From assembly GCA_905178155.1 (NCBI GenBank), contig CAJINV010000001.1, forward strand, positions 12,573,136 to 12,637,135: 64,000 bases of DNA, written 5' to 3'. The position numbers and the translations under genes were made by a program. Below the pieces are notes generated by a model. The model did no database searches. It was not told the DNA's origin and was given only the letters and a program-made list of their open reading frames with translations. Position 1 is the stretch's first letter, and every line of letters starts with the position of its first letter. Below are positions 20,969-32,657 of this stretch, piece by piece. The stretch comes from Amoebophrya sp. A120 (Eukaryota > Protista > Dinoflagellata).

Positions 20969-23757
20969 ATGAATCTCGACGACATTGAGCTCGATGAGGA
21001 AGAGATGGAGGCGATGGAAAAATGCGGGTACTCCACGGAGGAGGCACTGGCATTCAAGGGAGTATAGTTTTGTCTCGTAGCATGTTGATGTTCTACTTTT
21101 TATTCCGCCCAGCGATAAAAAAATTGAGATTGAGAAACTGATTGTGACATATCTTTTTACAGCTCTGCTGATCATCAAGCTCACACATGTATGTCGGTTG
21201 TATCGAAGCTGTTTATGCCAGTATCAACATAAAACGTCAGGTGTATTCGCATTACGACAACAATTTCGGGAAGGGCGACGGGTGCTGCAGCGTACCCCTG
21301 GTGAAGAGCATGGTGCGAGCCCTGGGGATCCAGATGAAAAAGAAAGACGAAGAGACACTCGCGGTGCTACTCGAGGAGTGCGATGAAAATAAGGATGGTA
21401 TTGCAATTGTAAATCTATCTTCAAATAGAGGCCTTTTCTGATCTGGACAAGAAAGAAATTGCTGAAAGAGGTCGCACTAGGGAGAGAGCTTAAAGTAGAG
21501 TTTAGATGATGAGACGTAGGTTATGCATTTTTACCTGGCATCGAAATTGAAATTCAAATTATGAACTTTTTCTGGTTTCTTGCGTGTGGTGGACTTCTGC
21601 ATGGCAAATTCTACATCAGGGTCGACACAATTTCCCGAGTTTCTCTTGCTCATCAAAAAGATGCAAGAGATCAACTTCTGTCAAATGAACGAGGCCGCCG
21701 CGGAGCGAGTGGAGTCCGAGAAAAAAGCCATCGAGAGAAAAGAAAAGGCCGAGCAACGGAAGAAGAAAGGTACGAAAGTATGCAGTATTTTCTACGGCAC
21801 ACTTGTTTTTGGAGGTTTTTTCTACTATTTCTGGTTAACGAAATTTGGCAACCCACATCCAGCAGCTGCTCCTGTTAAGCTTTAGGGAAAGCAACAGGCT
21901 CTTGCGTTTTGCGAATTTTCTGCGGAAAAATCTCTGCAGTATTCCCGACGGCACACTTGTTTTTGGAGGTTTTTTCTGCTATTTCTGGTTAACGAAATTT
22001 GGCAACCCACATCCAGCAGCTGCTCCTGTTAAGCTTTAGGGAAAGCAACAGGCTCTTGCGTTTTGCGAATTTTCTGCGGAAAAATCTCTGCAGTATTCCC
22101 GACGGCACACTTGTTTTTGGAGGTTTTTTCTGCTATTTCTGGTTAACGAAATTTGGCAACCCACATCCAGCAGCTGCTCCTGTTAAGCTTTAGGGAAAGC
22201 AACAGGCTCTTGCGTTTTGCGAATTTTCTGCGGAAAAATCTCTGCAGTATTCCCGACGGCACACTTGTTTTTGGAGGTTTTTTCTGCTATTTCTGGTTAA
22301 CGAAATTTGGCAACCCACATCCAGCAGCTGCTCCTGTTAAGCTTTAGGGAAAGCAACAGGCTCTTGCGTTTTGCGAATTTTCTGCGGAAAAATCTCTGCA
22401 GTATTCCCGACGGCACACTTGTTTTTGGAGGTTTTTTCTGCTATTTCTGGTTAACGAAATTTGGCAACCCACATCCAGCAGCTGCTCCTGTTAAGCTTTA
22501 GGGAAAGCAACAGGCTCTTGCGTTTTGCGAATTTTCTGCGGAAAAATCTCTGCAGTATTCCCGACGGCACACTTGTTTTTGGAGGTTTTTTCTGCTATTT
22601 CTGGTTAACGAAATTTGGCAACCCACATCCAGCAGCTGCTCCTGTTAAGCTTTAGGGAAAGCAACAGGCTCTTGCGTTTTGCGAATTTTCTGCGGAAAAA
22701 TCTCTGCAGTATTCCCGACGGCACACTTGTTTTTGGAGGTTTTTTCTGCTATTTCTGGTTAACGAAATTTGGCAACCCACATCCAGCAGCTGCTCCTGTT
22801 AAGCTTTAGGGAAAGCAACGGGCTCTTGCGTTTTGCGGATTTTCTGCGTAAAAATCTCTGCAGTAATCCCGACGGCGCGCTTGGTTTTGGAGGTTTTTTT
22901 AGAAGAAGATGTCGAAGTTATTACTTTGGGAAGAAAATCAAAATTGTTCTCCAACTGCGCGACCGGGCATGAAGGGTCTGCCGGCGCGTGTTGTCAAACA
23001 ATACCAGCACCGGAGTTTCATCTCATACACTACTGATTCTCTCCAAACTCGACACTCACTACAGAGAAAGAGGCACACAGAGCCAGTTTGGTCGCGATGG
23101 AGGAAGACAAGGCAGCGATCGAGGCGGTCGCTAAGGAGGCAGAGGCCAAGAAAAAAGCGATATCAACTGCAAAAATGTCTGGGTCTGGAAGACTAAAACT
23201 TGTCATGCTAAATCCGAATAGTGCAAAAATCTGTGTTGCATGAGTGCCAAAAGCTGTCCACTTTCGACCAAGTTGGGAGGGAGTTTCTCATGCGGGATAG
23301 GCATGGCAGAGACCTCACAGACTCTGTCATGCTAGGTCCTGCATTCCAGACCTCATGGGTCATGGAAAATCTGCATGACAAACCTCGCAATCTTCCAGAC
23401 CCAGACATTTTTGCATTTGATAAGCCAAGGGTGACGACGATGATAGCGACGAAGAGGGCGGCGGTTTGAAAGAATACGATCCGAAGACAGACGGTACTAC
23501 GCATAGAATAATAATAGAATAATCCATGACTTTTTACTTTGTAGCCGTTTTCGTGTTCGAATCAGCCCGAAGATGAGACTGTCATGCGTTAATATGCATT
23601 GTTTGGCTTTGATGCAGCTTCTGTTCTATCGTCATTGTCATTCCACTTTCATCTCTCAGGTCCATACCAATTCTTCTACTGGAAAAACCACAAGGCCCAG
23701 ATGGATGGAATGCAGGCAGTCTGGGATGACTACAAGAAGAAGGTCAAGGCCCGCTAA
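20969..23757 (+). CDS. EF-hand (calmodulin-like) protein with charged coiled-coil tail; multi-exon
   Basis: EF loop DENKDG|STQFPEF spans an intron; GT-AG introns include 21770-23064 and 23494-23659; one introner at 23161-23422. Confidence 0.75.
21781..22900. repeat. 154-bp tandem repeat, ~7.3 copies, inside intron 21770-23064
   Basis: Identical 64-aa ORFs at exact 154-bp spacing; terminal copies are slightly diverged. Confidence 0.95.
23161..23422. mobile_element. Introner/MITE family A, 262 bp (opposite orientation to 1507 and 3555)
   Basis: TIRs; direct repeat AGCGA / AGCCA; join KKA|KGDDDDSDEE. Confidence 0.9.
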
Positions 23758-24753
23758 TTCTTGACTCTCTACTACCCTCGTCAAAAAAACGACTAGTCGC
23801 GTTACCCTCTCATTATAGGCAACCAAAATTTTACCGATACGATACAGAATGCAGATTTAGGATTATTCACACAAAGAGGTGGGCGGAATGATACGAAGGA
23901 AAAGGCTAAAACTGTGTTAAAAATTGTAACAACCCCAACCACCTGAACCAACTAGGACACACAGGAATCACGCGGCACACCTCCAGTGCTACGTGCGTGT
24001 TGACAAGCTTGGTATCGAAGACTAGGATACCCTAAAGAACAAATGCTCAAGGACATCAAGCGATAAAATCGGAGATTCGCAGACAAAGAACATCAAAACA
24101 GAAGATCAAAGTCTGCCGCTTAGGAAGGTCAGAAACAGCTTTTTTCATTACACAAATGTGAATTCTCCTCACATAACTGAATGCGTTTGTGTGTACGTAT
24201 CGTCCGATTGCGCGCACTCGTACTGCCAGGCGTTTTTTGTTCGTGCAACTGTCTCGATGTGACTCGGCCTACTTTAAATCGTCCTGGAACTCGAGCGATA
24301 TTGAGATGAGCCTCGGATTTTAATCATGCACATTCACTCTCTCTCGGTGGCGTTCATCGCCGGTGAGCGAAGATAGAAGACTGACGGTGCTGAGCGTTTC
24401 TTTGCTGTCTCCCCGCCTAGACCCAGAAAGAGGATTCCATCAAATGCGCTTCTGCACTAACAGTACCCCACCTACAGCAAGGTAGCTTTCCCACGTTTTT
24501 TATCGTTATAGGTGTCGGGCAGTATTCCGCCCGGGTGCTTTGGCCATTCTTTAGATTTTACTTTCGACGAATACACTCGAAGATCTGGTGTCAAATTCCT
24601 CCGACTGTAAAAATAATTTCAAACCCATTTTGCATCTCATTAGCTTAGGGGATCGGGCGCTCGAACGACCAAGCAAATCTATTTCCTTGAAGGGAACGAG
24701 CACGAGTTGGTGCAGCTTCATACAGAATTTCTTTACAGAGCTAAAAAAGAACT

Positions 24754-25953
24754 ATGCCCATGCGAGCGCAACTGGCAACCCAGCCCGGTGCGAACCCGCT
24801 GGAAGCGGTGAAAGTTGGTGATGGTGTCAAAAAGGTTGTTTTTATCCGCCACGGGGAGTCGCTGGCGAACGTGATCCGACACAAATATGAGGCGAATCCC
24901 CCGGTAAACTGGGATGAGTACAGCAACCTACCGCTCGGGGACGTGCCCCTGACGGACAAGGGGATTTCGCAAGCCCTGGAGACCAGCGCAAAATTGATGC
25001 CAAAGATCACCACTTCACTGCCAGGAGTTTCTACGCCAGGGGAGAAAGAGTCCACTTTTTCGTGCGTTGCGTCAGCCACGGACCGTCTCGTCGTCGTCGA
25101 AGAGGCAGGTGCGAAGAACAAGAATGCTGCAAGCTCCAAGAAAAAGCGCAGCTCCAATTCATCCACTTTATCCACACTGGAGTCCGGGTTTTTGTCTGAC
25201 GGCACGCAGAGTACCGCTTCCACTTCTTCCGACAAGTCCAAGCCGCGAGAGCACGAATCTGGTGCAAGTGCGAGCTCGCGCGCGACGCCGAGCTTTGCGA
25301 CAGAGGAACAGAAGTACCACCAAGTGTGGGTGTCTCCCATGCGCCGCAGTATCGAGACGGCGCAGCTGATTTTTGGCGGAAATGCGACTTGCATCCTGAG
25401 GAAAAGTAGCACAGTTTCAATCACGACGACAGACGACGACTCCATTGCAGGAGCCACGAAAACAAGTAGATCAAATCTCCCCGTCAAGTCGAACATCGAC
25501 CGGTTGATTCCTTCCGCTCGCGAGTACTTCCCGGACGACTTTGCGAAGGGCGCGAGCTGCGCGATCGTTTCGCGTGATTACCTCGGGTACGACTGGCACG
25601 ATGCGGAATGGGAAGAATTCCATGCGTCTGACGCGCACATCGAGGACAGCAGCAGGATGGACATGTTGCACAGCCAGATTCTTGAGTTTTTCCAACAGCA
25701 GGATAATGACAACTCTTCTGCACCCTCCGCCGACAACAAAAACCACCTCGTTGACACGATTTTTGTGGTTTGCCACTGGGGTACGATTTTGAACTACGTG
25801 CAGCGTTTTTGCTCCAATTTGGACCGGACTGCGTCGATCCAACCGTACACCGAAGAGTTGAAGCTGTGCCGTGGCTGGGACAAGATCTCACTGGTCGACC
25901 CTGCGCACATGGACCTGGAGAATTGTGCCATTAGGGTTGTGGAATTCGTCTGA
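24754..25953 (+). CDS. Histidine phosphatase / phosphoglycerate mutase-like protein
   Basis: VFIRHGES, PLTDKG, VSPMRRSIETA and VVCHWGTI motifs. Confidence 0.88.
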   Translation: MPMRAQLATQPGANPLEAVKVGDGVKKVVFIRHGESLANVIRHKYEANPPVNWDEYSNLPLGDVPLTDKGISQALETSAKLMPKITTSLPGVSTPGEKESTFSCVASATDRLVVVEEAGAKNKNAASSKKKRSSNSSTLSTLESGFLSDGTQSTASTSSDKSKPREHESGASASSRATPSFATEEQKYHQVWVSPMRRSIETAQLIFGGNATCILRKSSTVSITTTDDDSIAGATKTSRSNLPVKSNIDRLIPSAREYFPDDFAKGASCAIVSRDYLGYDWHDAEWEEFHASDAHIEDSSRMDMLHSQILEFFQQQDNDNSSAPSADNKNHLVDTIFVVCHWGTILNYVQRFCSNLDRTASIQPYTEELKLCRGWDKISLVDPAHMDLENCAIRVVEFV

Positions 25954-28127
25954 AGAAAATTACGTTTTTCGCTGGTGCACAGGTTTGGAAATGATCAGAA
26001 GTTATAACTCTTGTTTGAAAATAAAGTAAGAAGTGCTCTATTCAGTCGTTTCTACCACTACATTTCAGTTTCGACTTAGGGTTTTCATGTTGCAGAACTT
26101 TTTGTTTTCCATGATGTTTTCGCAGTACTATATCGAGACTTTCACCATGGTTGCCTAGGAGAAAAGCTTTGCTTAGTACGGGCAGAACACCGCATAAGTC
26201 TCTTTTTGTTCACCACGACGTCGAGTTCGTGAATACAATGGAAAGGTCACATGTTAATAGCACCGTTTTTCGATAACTTTGATTGTCAATAGAATGTATC
26301 CCATTTGGACTTGTTTTTGCTTCTTGTGCTAAGGGCGATCTACTTATTTTCCTGTCTGTTTCATCGAAGCGACTTTGAATCTACTATATGAGCATCCATC
26401 AAAATGTTTTCGTGGGTCATAAGAATCGTCTGTTTCGATCTTAGGGCGTGCAAGGTCGTGTTTCTGCACGGTAAACCAACGCCACAAACGAACCATGGAG
26501 CAGTTGAAAAAAGGGAATGTTTCAGTTTCAAATGCTACCAGTGATTTTGTCGACGTTCACACGCTTGTGGCTGGCGGGAATCTGGTCAGAATTTAGCGAT
26601 GTTCGATCCTCTGCTGAGGTGGCTCGGTGATTAATTTCTACCAAAGAAGAGGGCACGAGCGCAATTATTTCTATCGACAGTTGGCGAGGCTTTCCACGTT
26701 ATTGTCCTAGGTGGACCGAAGTGAGTGAAAGGCGTATAGTGTGTGGAGTCGCAAAAAAAATGTAGTGGCGCTGTCTTCTGTCTGGCAGAAAAACTGGAAG
26801 TAAAAGTGAGTTTCTCTGTAAGTGGAGTGCAGCCGTCAAGAAGGCGCACTGAACCGAAGAAAGGCAAGGCGTCAAGCATCGCAAGCACAGACTGAGTTGT
26901 GTCCTAACAAAAGCCGAAGCAATTCATAATGATCCAGTTTTCAATTAGCGTCTGCGCGGACAAGAGGAGGGCGATCGCAGGTAAGTTTGTGAGATGCGAG
27001 CTTGTAAACGCTCCAACAATCAGAATGGTGCCATCGACTCTGCTTCACTAGCTGGCTACTCGATGCATGCCACAGGCCGGGCTGTGTGTCTTGTGCTGCG
27101 TGCGGCCTGACGTCCTAGGCTGAGCAGCCACTGAGACGCGCACCAAGGGCGTGGGCACATGCTGCGCCGGGGGCCGCAAGAACGAGGAATGGGCAACACA
27201 ACCCGACCGCGGGCACCGACATGCAACTGCAAAAAGCAAAGAGCCCAAGCAGCGGGGAAGCTTTTCGCCCGGCCCTTGCGTGCCACCTCGCTGCCGGCGG
27301 GGGCCTTGCGTGTTGCCTTTCGCGCGCCCCCCGACAAGCGCTCCGCGCTGCTGAGGCGTGCGCCTGCGGCATGACTGCAGTCCGTGCGCGTGCGGGAAGT
27401 TTGACAGCGCCGCCCGCCTGCCGTTTCTATTTGGGCGGGCGCGGGCCGGCGCGGGACAAGGCGCTCGCGTGCTGTGGCGCCCTCCTTTGGCGGCGCTGCG
27501 GCCGCTTGCGTCGCCGAATTCGTGGCGCCGTGCGCCGCAGCGAGCGGGCGCGCAGTTCCCCCGAATGACCCAGCTGGGTTTGCTGCGTGTTCGTCGCGGA
27601 CTCTTGCTGGGGTTGCAGCTGGGGTTGCTGGCGCCGCAGCGGAGATTGCCGCCCGCCGCGGCTGCTACAGAGCATCGGCCCTAGATTGCATAAGTTTGTG
27701 AGCAAATTGCGTGTCCATTGTGGGGGCATGAGTGGCCGCTTTTTTTTTTTTGCGTTCGGGAAGACGAAGAGAGAGGCAGTTGCCGAAAGGAGAGCACATG
27801 AAGGCCGAGGAAAGTAGAGTGGAGTGCTGTCTTTGGAGTGTCTTTTCACTAAGGGACCTTGTTGGGTCTGTTTTTTCGCGAAAATGGAGCGCTAGTATTC
27901 AGTGAGTGGCACAAGTCCTGGCACTGCTTTGGCGATGTCTCAGTGTGAACGCACGCCACGAATCATAGAAAAAACCCAATCAACATTTCCTGAAGACCCG
28001 GTCGTCCGCACTTTGCGTTTGGAGAGGAGTGATCACATAGACATGGCCTTCGCTCGTGAAGCAACGCCGGTGCAAGAACAGCCCGACACCCTCGCGAAGC
28101 CGCTTTAGCGGCTCGGACAGGCGCGCT

Positions 28128-28799
28128 ATGGCGCCCGTGTTCATCCGGAAGTTGCAGGACGCACCCAAATCCAATTTTGGGCAACAGCACTACGGCACGA
28201 GCACCCCGCAGTCTTTGCTCTTCTGCCGCGGTTGCGCGGTGAAAGCCGCGGACCGTAGCGCACAGCTGGACGGGGAAGAAAGCGCATCGCCGCGGCCGGT
28301 ACCCAGCGGACTCGCACAAACTTCGCTGCATGCTTCGCAACACGGTAACAGCGCGTCTTATCCCTACCTGCCCCTGGGGCAGCACCATCACTACAGCAGC
28401 GGAAGGCAAATTCCCCCCGGCCGGTGGGTCTCCACAAACTGCGCGCAGAACGAAACGCAACTCGCCCGCATGGAGCACATCATCGACACGGGTTTCACCG
28501 GGCAGCTGGGACCCGGGTACCTCATGTCCAATTTGCTGAATTACACCTGCGGACCGGAAGAGGAGCGCATGCTCATGACCGGCAAGCACGTCGTCTGTGA
28601 TGTCTCCTGCGTGCGCTGCCAGACCGTGCTTGGGTGGAAGTATCTGCAGGCCTACCAATTCGACCAGAAGTACAAAGAGGGGAAATTCGTCGTGGAGGCC
28701 TGTCGGGTAACGCAGCTGCACTTCTCCAGTTCCTACGGGGTCGAGGAGCAGTTGTACAGCGATGACACGCCCGGCTACCACCCGCCGTGGGAGATCTGA
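28128..28799 (+). CDS. Yippee/Mis18 family zinc-binding protein
   Basis: CRGC ... EERMLMTGKHVVCDVSCVRCQTVLGWKY..A.QFDQKYKEGKFVVE. Confidence 0.92.
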   Translation: MAPVFIRKLQDAPKSNFGQQHYGTSTPQSLLFCRGCAVKAADRSAQLDGEESASPRPVPSGLAQTSLHASQHGNSASYPYLPLGQHHHYSSGRQIPPGRWVSTNCAQNETQLARMEHIIDTGFTGQLGPGYLMSNLLNYTCGPEEERMLMTGKHVVCDVSCVRCQTVLGWKYLQAYQFDQKYKEGKFVVEACRVTQLHFSSSYGVEEQLYSDDTPGYHPPWEI

Positions 28800-29455
28800 C
28801 GCCAGATCGGAGCGGTGGCAGCAGCCGCAGCGGCTATGCGTGTAGCAAAAAGACCTACGGACGAGAGCGAGTTAGTGTCTCAGTAGTCAGTCATTGTTTT
28901 GTGTTTTTGAACAACGTCAACCACTGTTTTGTAAATGCATCTACTTTTAGTCTGACAGCGTAAATGAGATAATCAAGTTGGGGCTCCTACACGACTACTT
29001 ACAACGCAGCCACTTGTGTACAATCGACCCTACAGCTGTACGATACTTTCGGAAAGAACGCACGGAGTTTTGATGTAATTGTTTGAGAAGAGGAGTGTTG
29101 CAGAAGACGTCTCTGCTCATGTATTCGGCGTGTCGTCGTGTTCTTTATGTCCTTTGCAGCCGCAGTTCGTAGAAGTCAAGCGAGACGAGTGGGGCACACA
29201 TGTTGAAGACTGTGCACCTTGAGCGACGTCGTTGTTGTGAGAAAGTCGTTCGAGCCTTATCGCGTTTTCGCAGTCTACGTGTCAGTGCAATGTCGCTTAT
29301 GCAATCACGTACTACACAAGAAAATCTCTTTATTGGAATCATAGTTGCTAAGCACTACTAGGTTCGATGGTGTGCGCGTTGAAGACTACCGGCAGTAAAA
29401 ACACAGGTTGCCACTACACTCTCTCTTGAGTTTTCAAAGAAAATAGCAACAAATT

Positions 29456-30754
29456 ATGCCGGGTCCCGAGGAAGTTCCGTTGCCCAAATCTGGGCTGGCC
29501 CAGTTCCGAAAGGTGTTGCTTTCGAAGGTATTCGAGAATCCAACGTTTGAGATTTTTCTGGTGTTCATGGTGATGACCGACGTGTCTATCGTCAGTACCC
29601 TGTTCGCGCTCGACGCAGTGATAGATCACCCGGAGGGCTGGCACTTTGGCAAGGGATTTCACCTGGTCTACAACTTTCGGAAGCACCAGCTGTTTTACAC
29701 CGGCGATCCGGGCGAGGCCGAGGAGGAGGAGGGCGAGGGGGAGAAAAAGAAGGAAGGCGGCTCGGAAAAAGAACCTGCGAAGCCGGAGGGCGGAGAGAAC
29801 AAAAGCGAAGCGGCGAAAGCCGCAGCCGTAGAATTACGACCAAAGGAGAAAGACGCTTCAGAAGTGGATGCTGCAAGAGCAGCTTCGTGGTCGTCTTTTC
29901 TTGAGATACCAACATCGAAGCAAGAATCGCCTACTTCGCGAACCCGAACGGGCGGCGCAACATGGGTGCACAATGCCGAAGGAGTTTCATCTTTAGCAGC
30001 AAAAAGCGACGATGTTGCTGTTTTTTCGGAGGATGCGAGTCTGACCGTTTCCAGCAAAAGTGATTCCTCGTCACAACGTCAGCAAGAATCCGTGGCCACC
30101 AAGAGAAATGAAGGTGCGACCATCTCCACTTCCTCCACGGTCAATAGTGCCGTCGAGCTACAGGAACGCGGTGACAACTCCAAAGAAGAGGCGGACAAGA
30201 AGCCTGGTGCCGACGGGAAGCCAGATGCCGAGACATTGCCCCAGCCATCCCAGGGCCCGAACGCGCAGGTATTGAAACGAAATGAGCACAACGAAAACCA
30301 CCTGACGTTCGCGGACCTGGAAACGTTCCAGAAATACCGCGAGCGGCTGGAAATGGCGGGGAAAATCGTGATTCTGTTCTTCATGATCGAGCTGGTTTTG
30401 CACGTTTTCGCGGCGGGGTTCCAGGAGCACTTCTGCGAGGGCGGGGTGTTAAAGATCTTGGGTCATTTCCTGGACGGCGTAGTTGTCCCCCTCAGCTTCG
30501 CGCAGGAGTGGTTTCTCGAGGAGGAGTTCTCCGGGCGGGACATGCTGGTGTGCGTGCGGCTGTGGCGGCTTTTGAAGATTCTCGTCGGGCAGTACGTGAT
30601 CAGCCTGGAGACGGAGGAGGCCGAGGAAATCCGGGCAGAGCAAGAGCGCGAGATCTTCGACAATTTTCTGGAGAAGGAAATGAAGGGCGGGAAGGAGCTG
30701 TGCGAGAAATTTGAAAAGTTTCGGAACGACGAAAAGGCGGGGCGGAACGTCTAG
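29456..30754 (+). CDS. Voltage-gated proton channel Hv1-like voltage-sensor protein with very long S1-S2 loop
   Basis: S1 with Asp (FMVMTDVSIV), S2 FFMIELVL, S3 FLDGVVV, S4 VRLWRLLK (RxWRxxR-like); no pore domain; charged C-terminal helix. Confidence 0.78.
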   Translation: MPGPEEVPLPKSGLAQFRKVLLSKVFENPTFEIFLVFMVMTDVSIVSTLFALDAVIDHPEGWHFGKGFHLVYNFRKHQLFYTGDPGEAEEEEGEGEKKKEGGSEKEPAKPEGGENKSEAAKAAAVELRPKEKDASEVDAARAASWSSFLEIPTSKQESPTSRTRTGGATWVHNAEGVSSLAAKSDDVAVFSEDASLTVSSKSDSSSQRQQESVATKRNEGATISTSSTVNSAVELQERGDNSKEEADKKPGADGKPDAETLPQPSQGPNAQVLKRNEHNENHLTFADLETFQKYRERLEMAGKIVILFFMIELVLHVFAAGFQEHFCEGGVLKILGHFLDGVVVPLSFAQEWFLEEEFSGRDMLVCVRLWRLLKILVGQYVISLETEEAEEIRAEQEREIFDNFLEKEMKGGKELCEKFEKFRNDEKAGRNV

Positions 30755-31224
30755 GGTGGGATGCGGGAGAAGAAAATTTTTGTGCATTCGAGTTTATGTT
30801 TTTGTACCAACTTGTAACCTTATTCCAAAATGTATCTACGTACAAAACTTCTTAGTTTCTGCAACCTGAGAACCTGTATTCATTTGTAGAGAAAATACTA
30901 CCCTAAAGAATTCAAAAGCTATGTAACAATTGATGACTGATGAAAAAGCTCTTCCAGACAATCTTTGAATGGCGCCCTTGCTTTGTACGACTTATTCTAG
31001 AAAAATGGTGTATCCTTTGCCGAGCCTTCTCTATCGCTTCTGAGACACGTGTGTAAATCGCACGTTCAACGCCACTGTTCGCTGCGTGAGAACGGAGAGA
31101 AATTGTTTGCGTTATCACGAATGACAAAACCAACACAAACGTGAGGCCGCTACTAGCTCCTGCGCCGCGGCGTCGGAGGGCCGTGCCTTTTCCGACTCGA
31201 TTTTCAAATCAACAACACCAGAAA

Positions 31225-32220
31225 ATGGCCGCCTCGAACGCTAAATTCGTGGGCAACGAAGAAAACCCTTTGCCCGAGCGACTGGTCTTCGCACAGAAGA
31301 CCTCGCGAAGTCGTGCCACGAAAGACCTGCAGACGCTTTTAGAAACAGAACTGTACCACGATCTGGACGGAGTTGCTGAGACGATGGAGTCGTTGAAGCG
31401 CATGGGCGTACAGTGTGGAACGTACGGCGAGGTGACGTATAACGGCGTAACAAAGCTGATCGAGAAAATTCGCACACTTGCGGCAGACGAGCACCAAAAT
31501 TGGTTGCTGGACAAAGATGAGGAACCGAGCGAGGAAGAAGGAGCAGAGACAACAGCGGACGTGGCAAAAAAGCAGCAAAACGCGCCGCCGTTGAAAGAAG
31601 TTCTCGCCACCCACGATGTTTTTTACGACCTCGGTAGCGGCGTCGGCAAACTCTGTCTGCAGGTTTTTTTGACGACAGAAGTGTCCAAGGTCGTCGGGGT
31701 GGAGTGGGGCGAGACCAGGTATCAGAAAGCCCTGAAGGCGAAGGAGCGACTGTACGCACAACTTTTCACCACCACAGAATCTTCACACGACGTCGACCAA
31801 AAGCGACTTCACTTCGACCAGCAGCTGGAATTCCGTTGTGAGGATGTAGCCAGGACGGGTATTTCGGACGCGACCGTGGTCTTTTTCTGTTCCATCGTTT
31901 TCGAGGAAGAAGTGGTCAAACGGGTGGCGCAGCGACTGCTGGAAAACGCGAAACAGTTGCGGTTCTTCATCTCCACGCAAAAAGTTGCCGACGCGCAGTA
32001 CATGCGGGCGTTTATTTCAACCGACATCGGAAAGCAGCTAGAGCGTCGGTACGAATTGGCCGAGCGCTGGCGCTTGCCCATGAGTTGGACCTCAGCGGAA
32101 GGAGGAAACCTAGTGTACGTGTATCGCCCCGTTTTGACCGAACAAAAATTTCACGCGAACGCGATTTATGGTTGTAGTCCTGGGGACCACAATATGGTTG
32201 TGGCTCCTCAGTGTAAGTGA
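31225..32220 (+). CDS. DOT1-like class I SAM-dependent methyltransferase
   Basis: TYGEVT, DVFYDLGSGVGK, VGVEW and DATVVF motifs. Confidence 0.8.
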   Translation: MAASNAKFVGNEENPLPERLVFAQKTSRSRATKDLQTLLETELYHDLDGVAETMESLKRMGVQCGTYGEVTYNGVTKLIEKIRTLAADEHQNWLLDKDEEPSEEEGAETTADVAKKQQNAPPLKEVLATHDVFYDLGSGVGKLCLQVFLTTEVSKVVGVEWGETRYQKALKAKERLYAQLFTTTESSHDVDQKRLHFDQQLEFRCEDVARTGISDATVVFFCSIVFEEEVVKRVAQRLLENAKQLRFFISTQKVADAQYMRAFISTDIGKQLERRYELAERWRLPMSWTSAEGGNLVYVYRPVLTEQKFHANAIYGCSPGDHNMVVAPQCK

Positions 32221-32657
32221 CTGACTGTTCTTCGCCAGTAGATACTTACGGGTACGCAACGACATTGGTACAGTCAGAGTCTCAAGATTCATCAGGTTCA
32301 GCACCAAAGATCAGTTTTTTAGCTACGTACCTGAGTCAATCAAAAACAAACGAGGACTGAAGACGATCTTGAGGGAGCACAAGCCTGTCGCATTTTCTAG
32401 ATGGACGGATGATCGCTTTGCGAAAGATCATATATTGTGGGTTCTGAAAGTGTGACTTCAGGTTTGTTTTGTATCATTTGAATTTGTCATTGTCAATGTC
32501 AAACGACACACTGTATGAAGATCTTGTCCACAAAAAATACTTTTTTTGTCCACGACGCACTGTAGAATCCCAAGCCCAACTTATGAAAATTTTTTGGACC
32601 TGTATACAATTTTGAAATTCAAATTTTCGTTTTTCTAACCTCTGCTCCGTCTGCAAA

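Noticed and set aside
21845-22972. Seven near-identical 64-67 aa ORFs, or a CRISPR-like array
   Set aside because: By-product of a 154-bp tandem repeat in an intron; there are no unique spacers and no cas genes.
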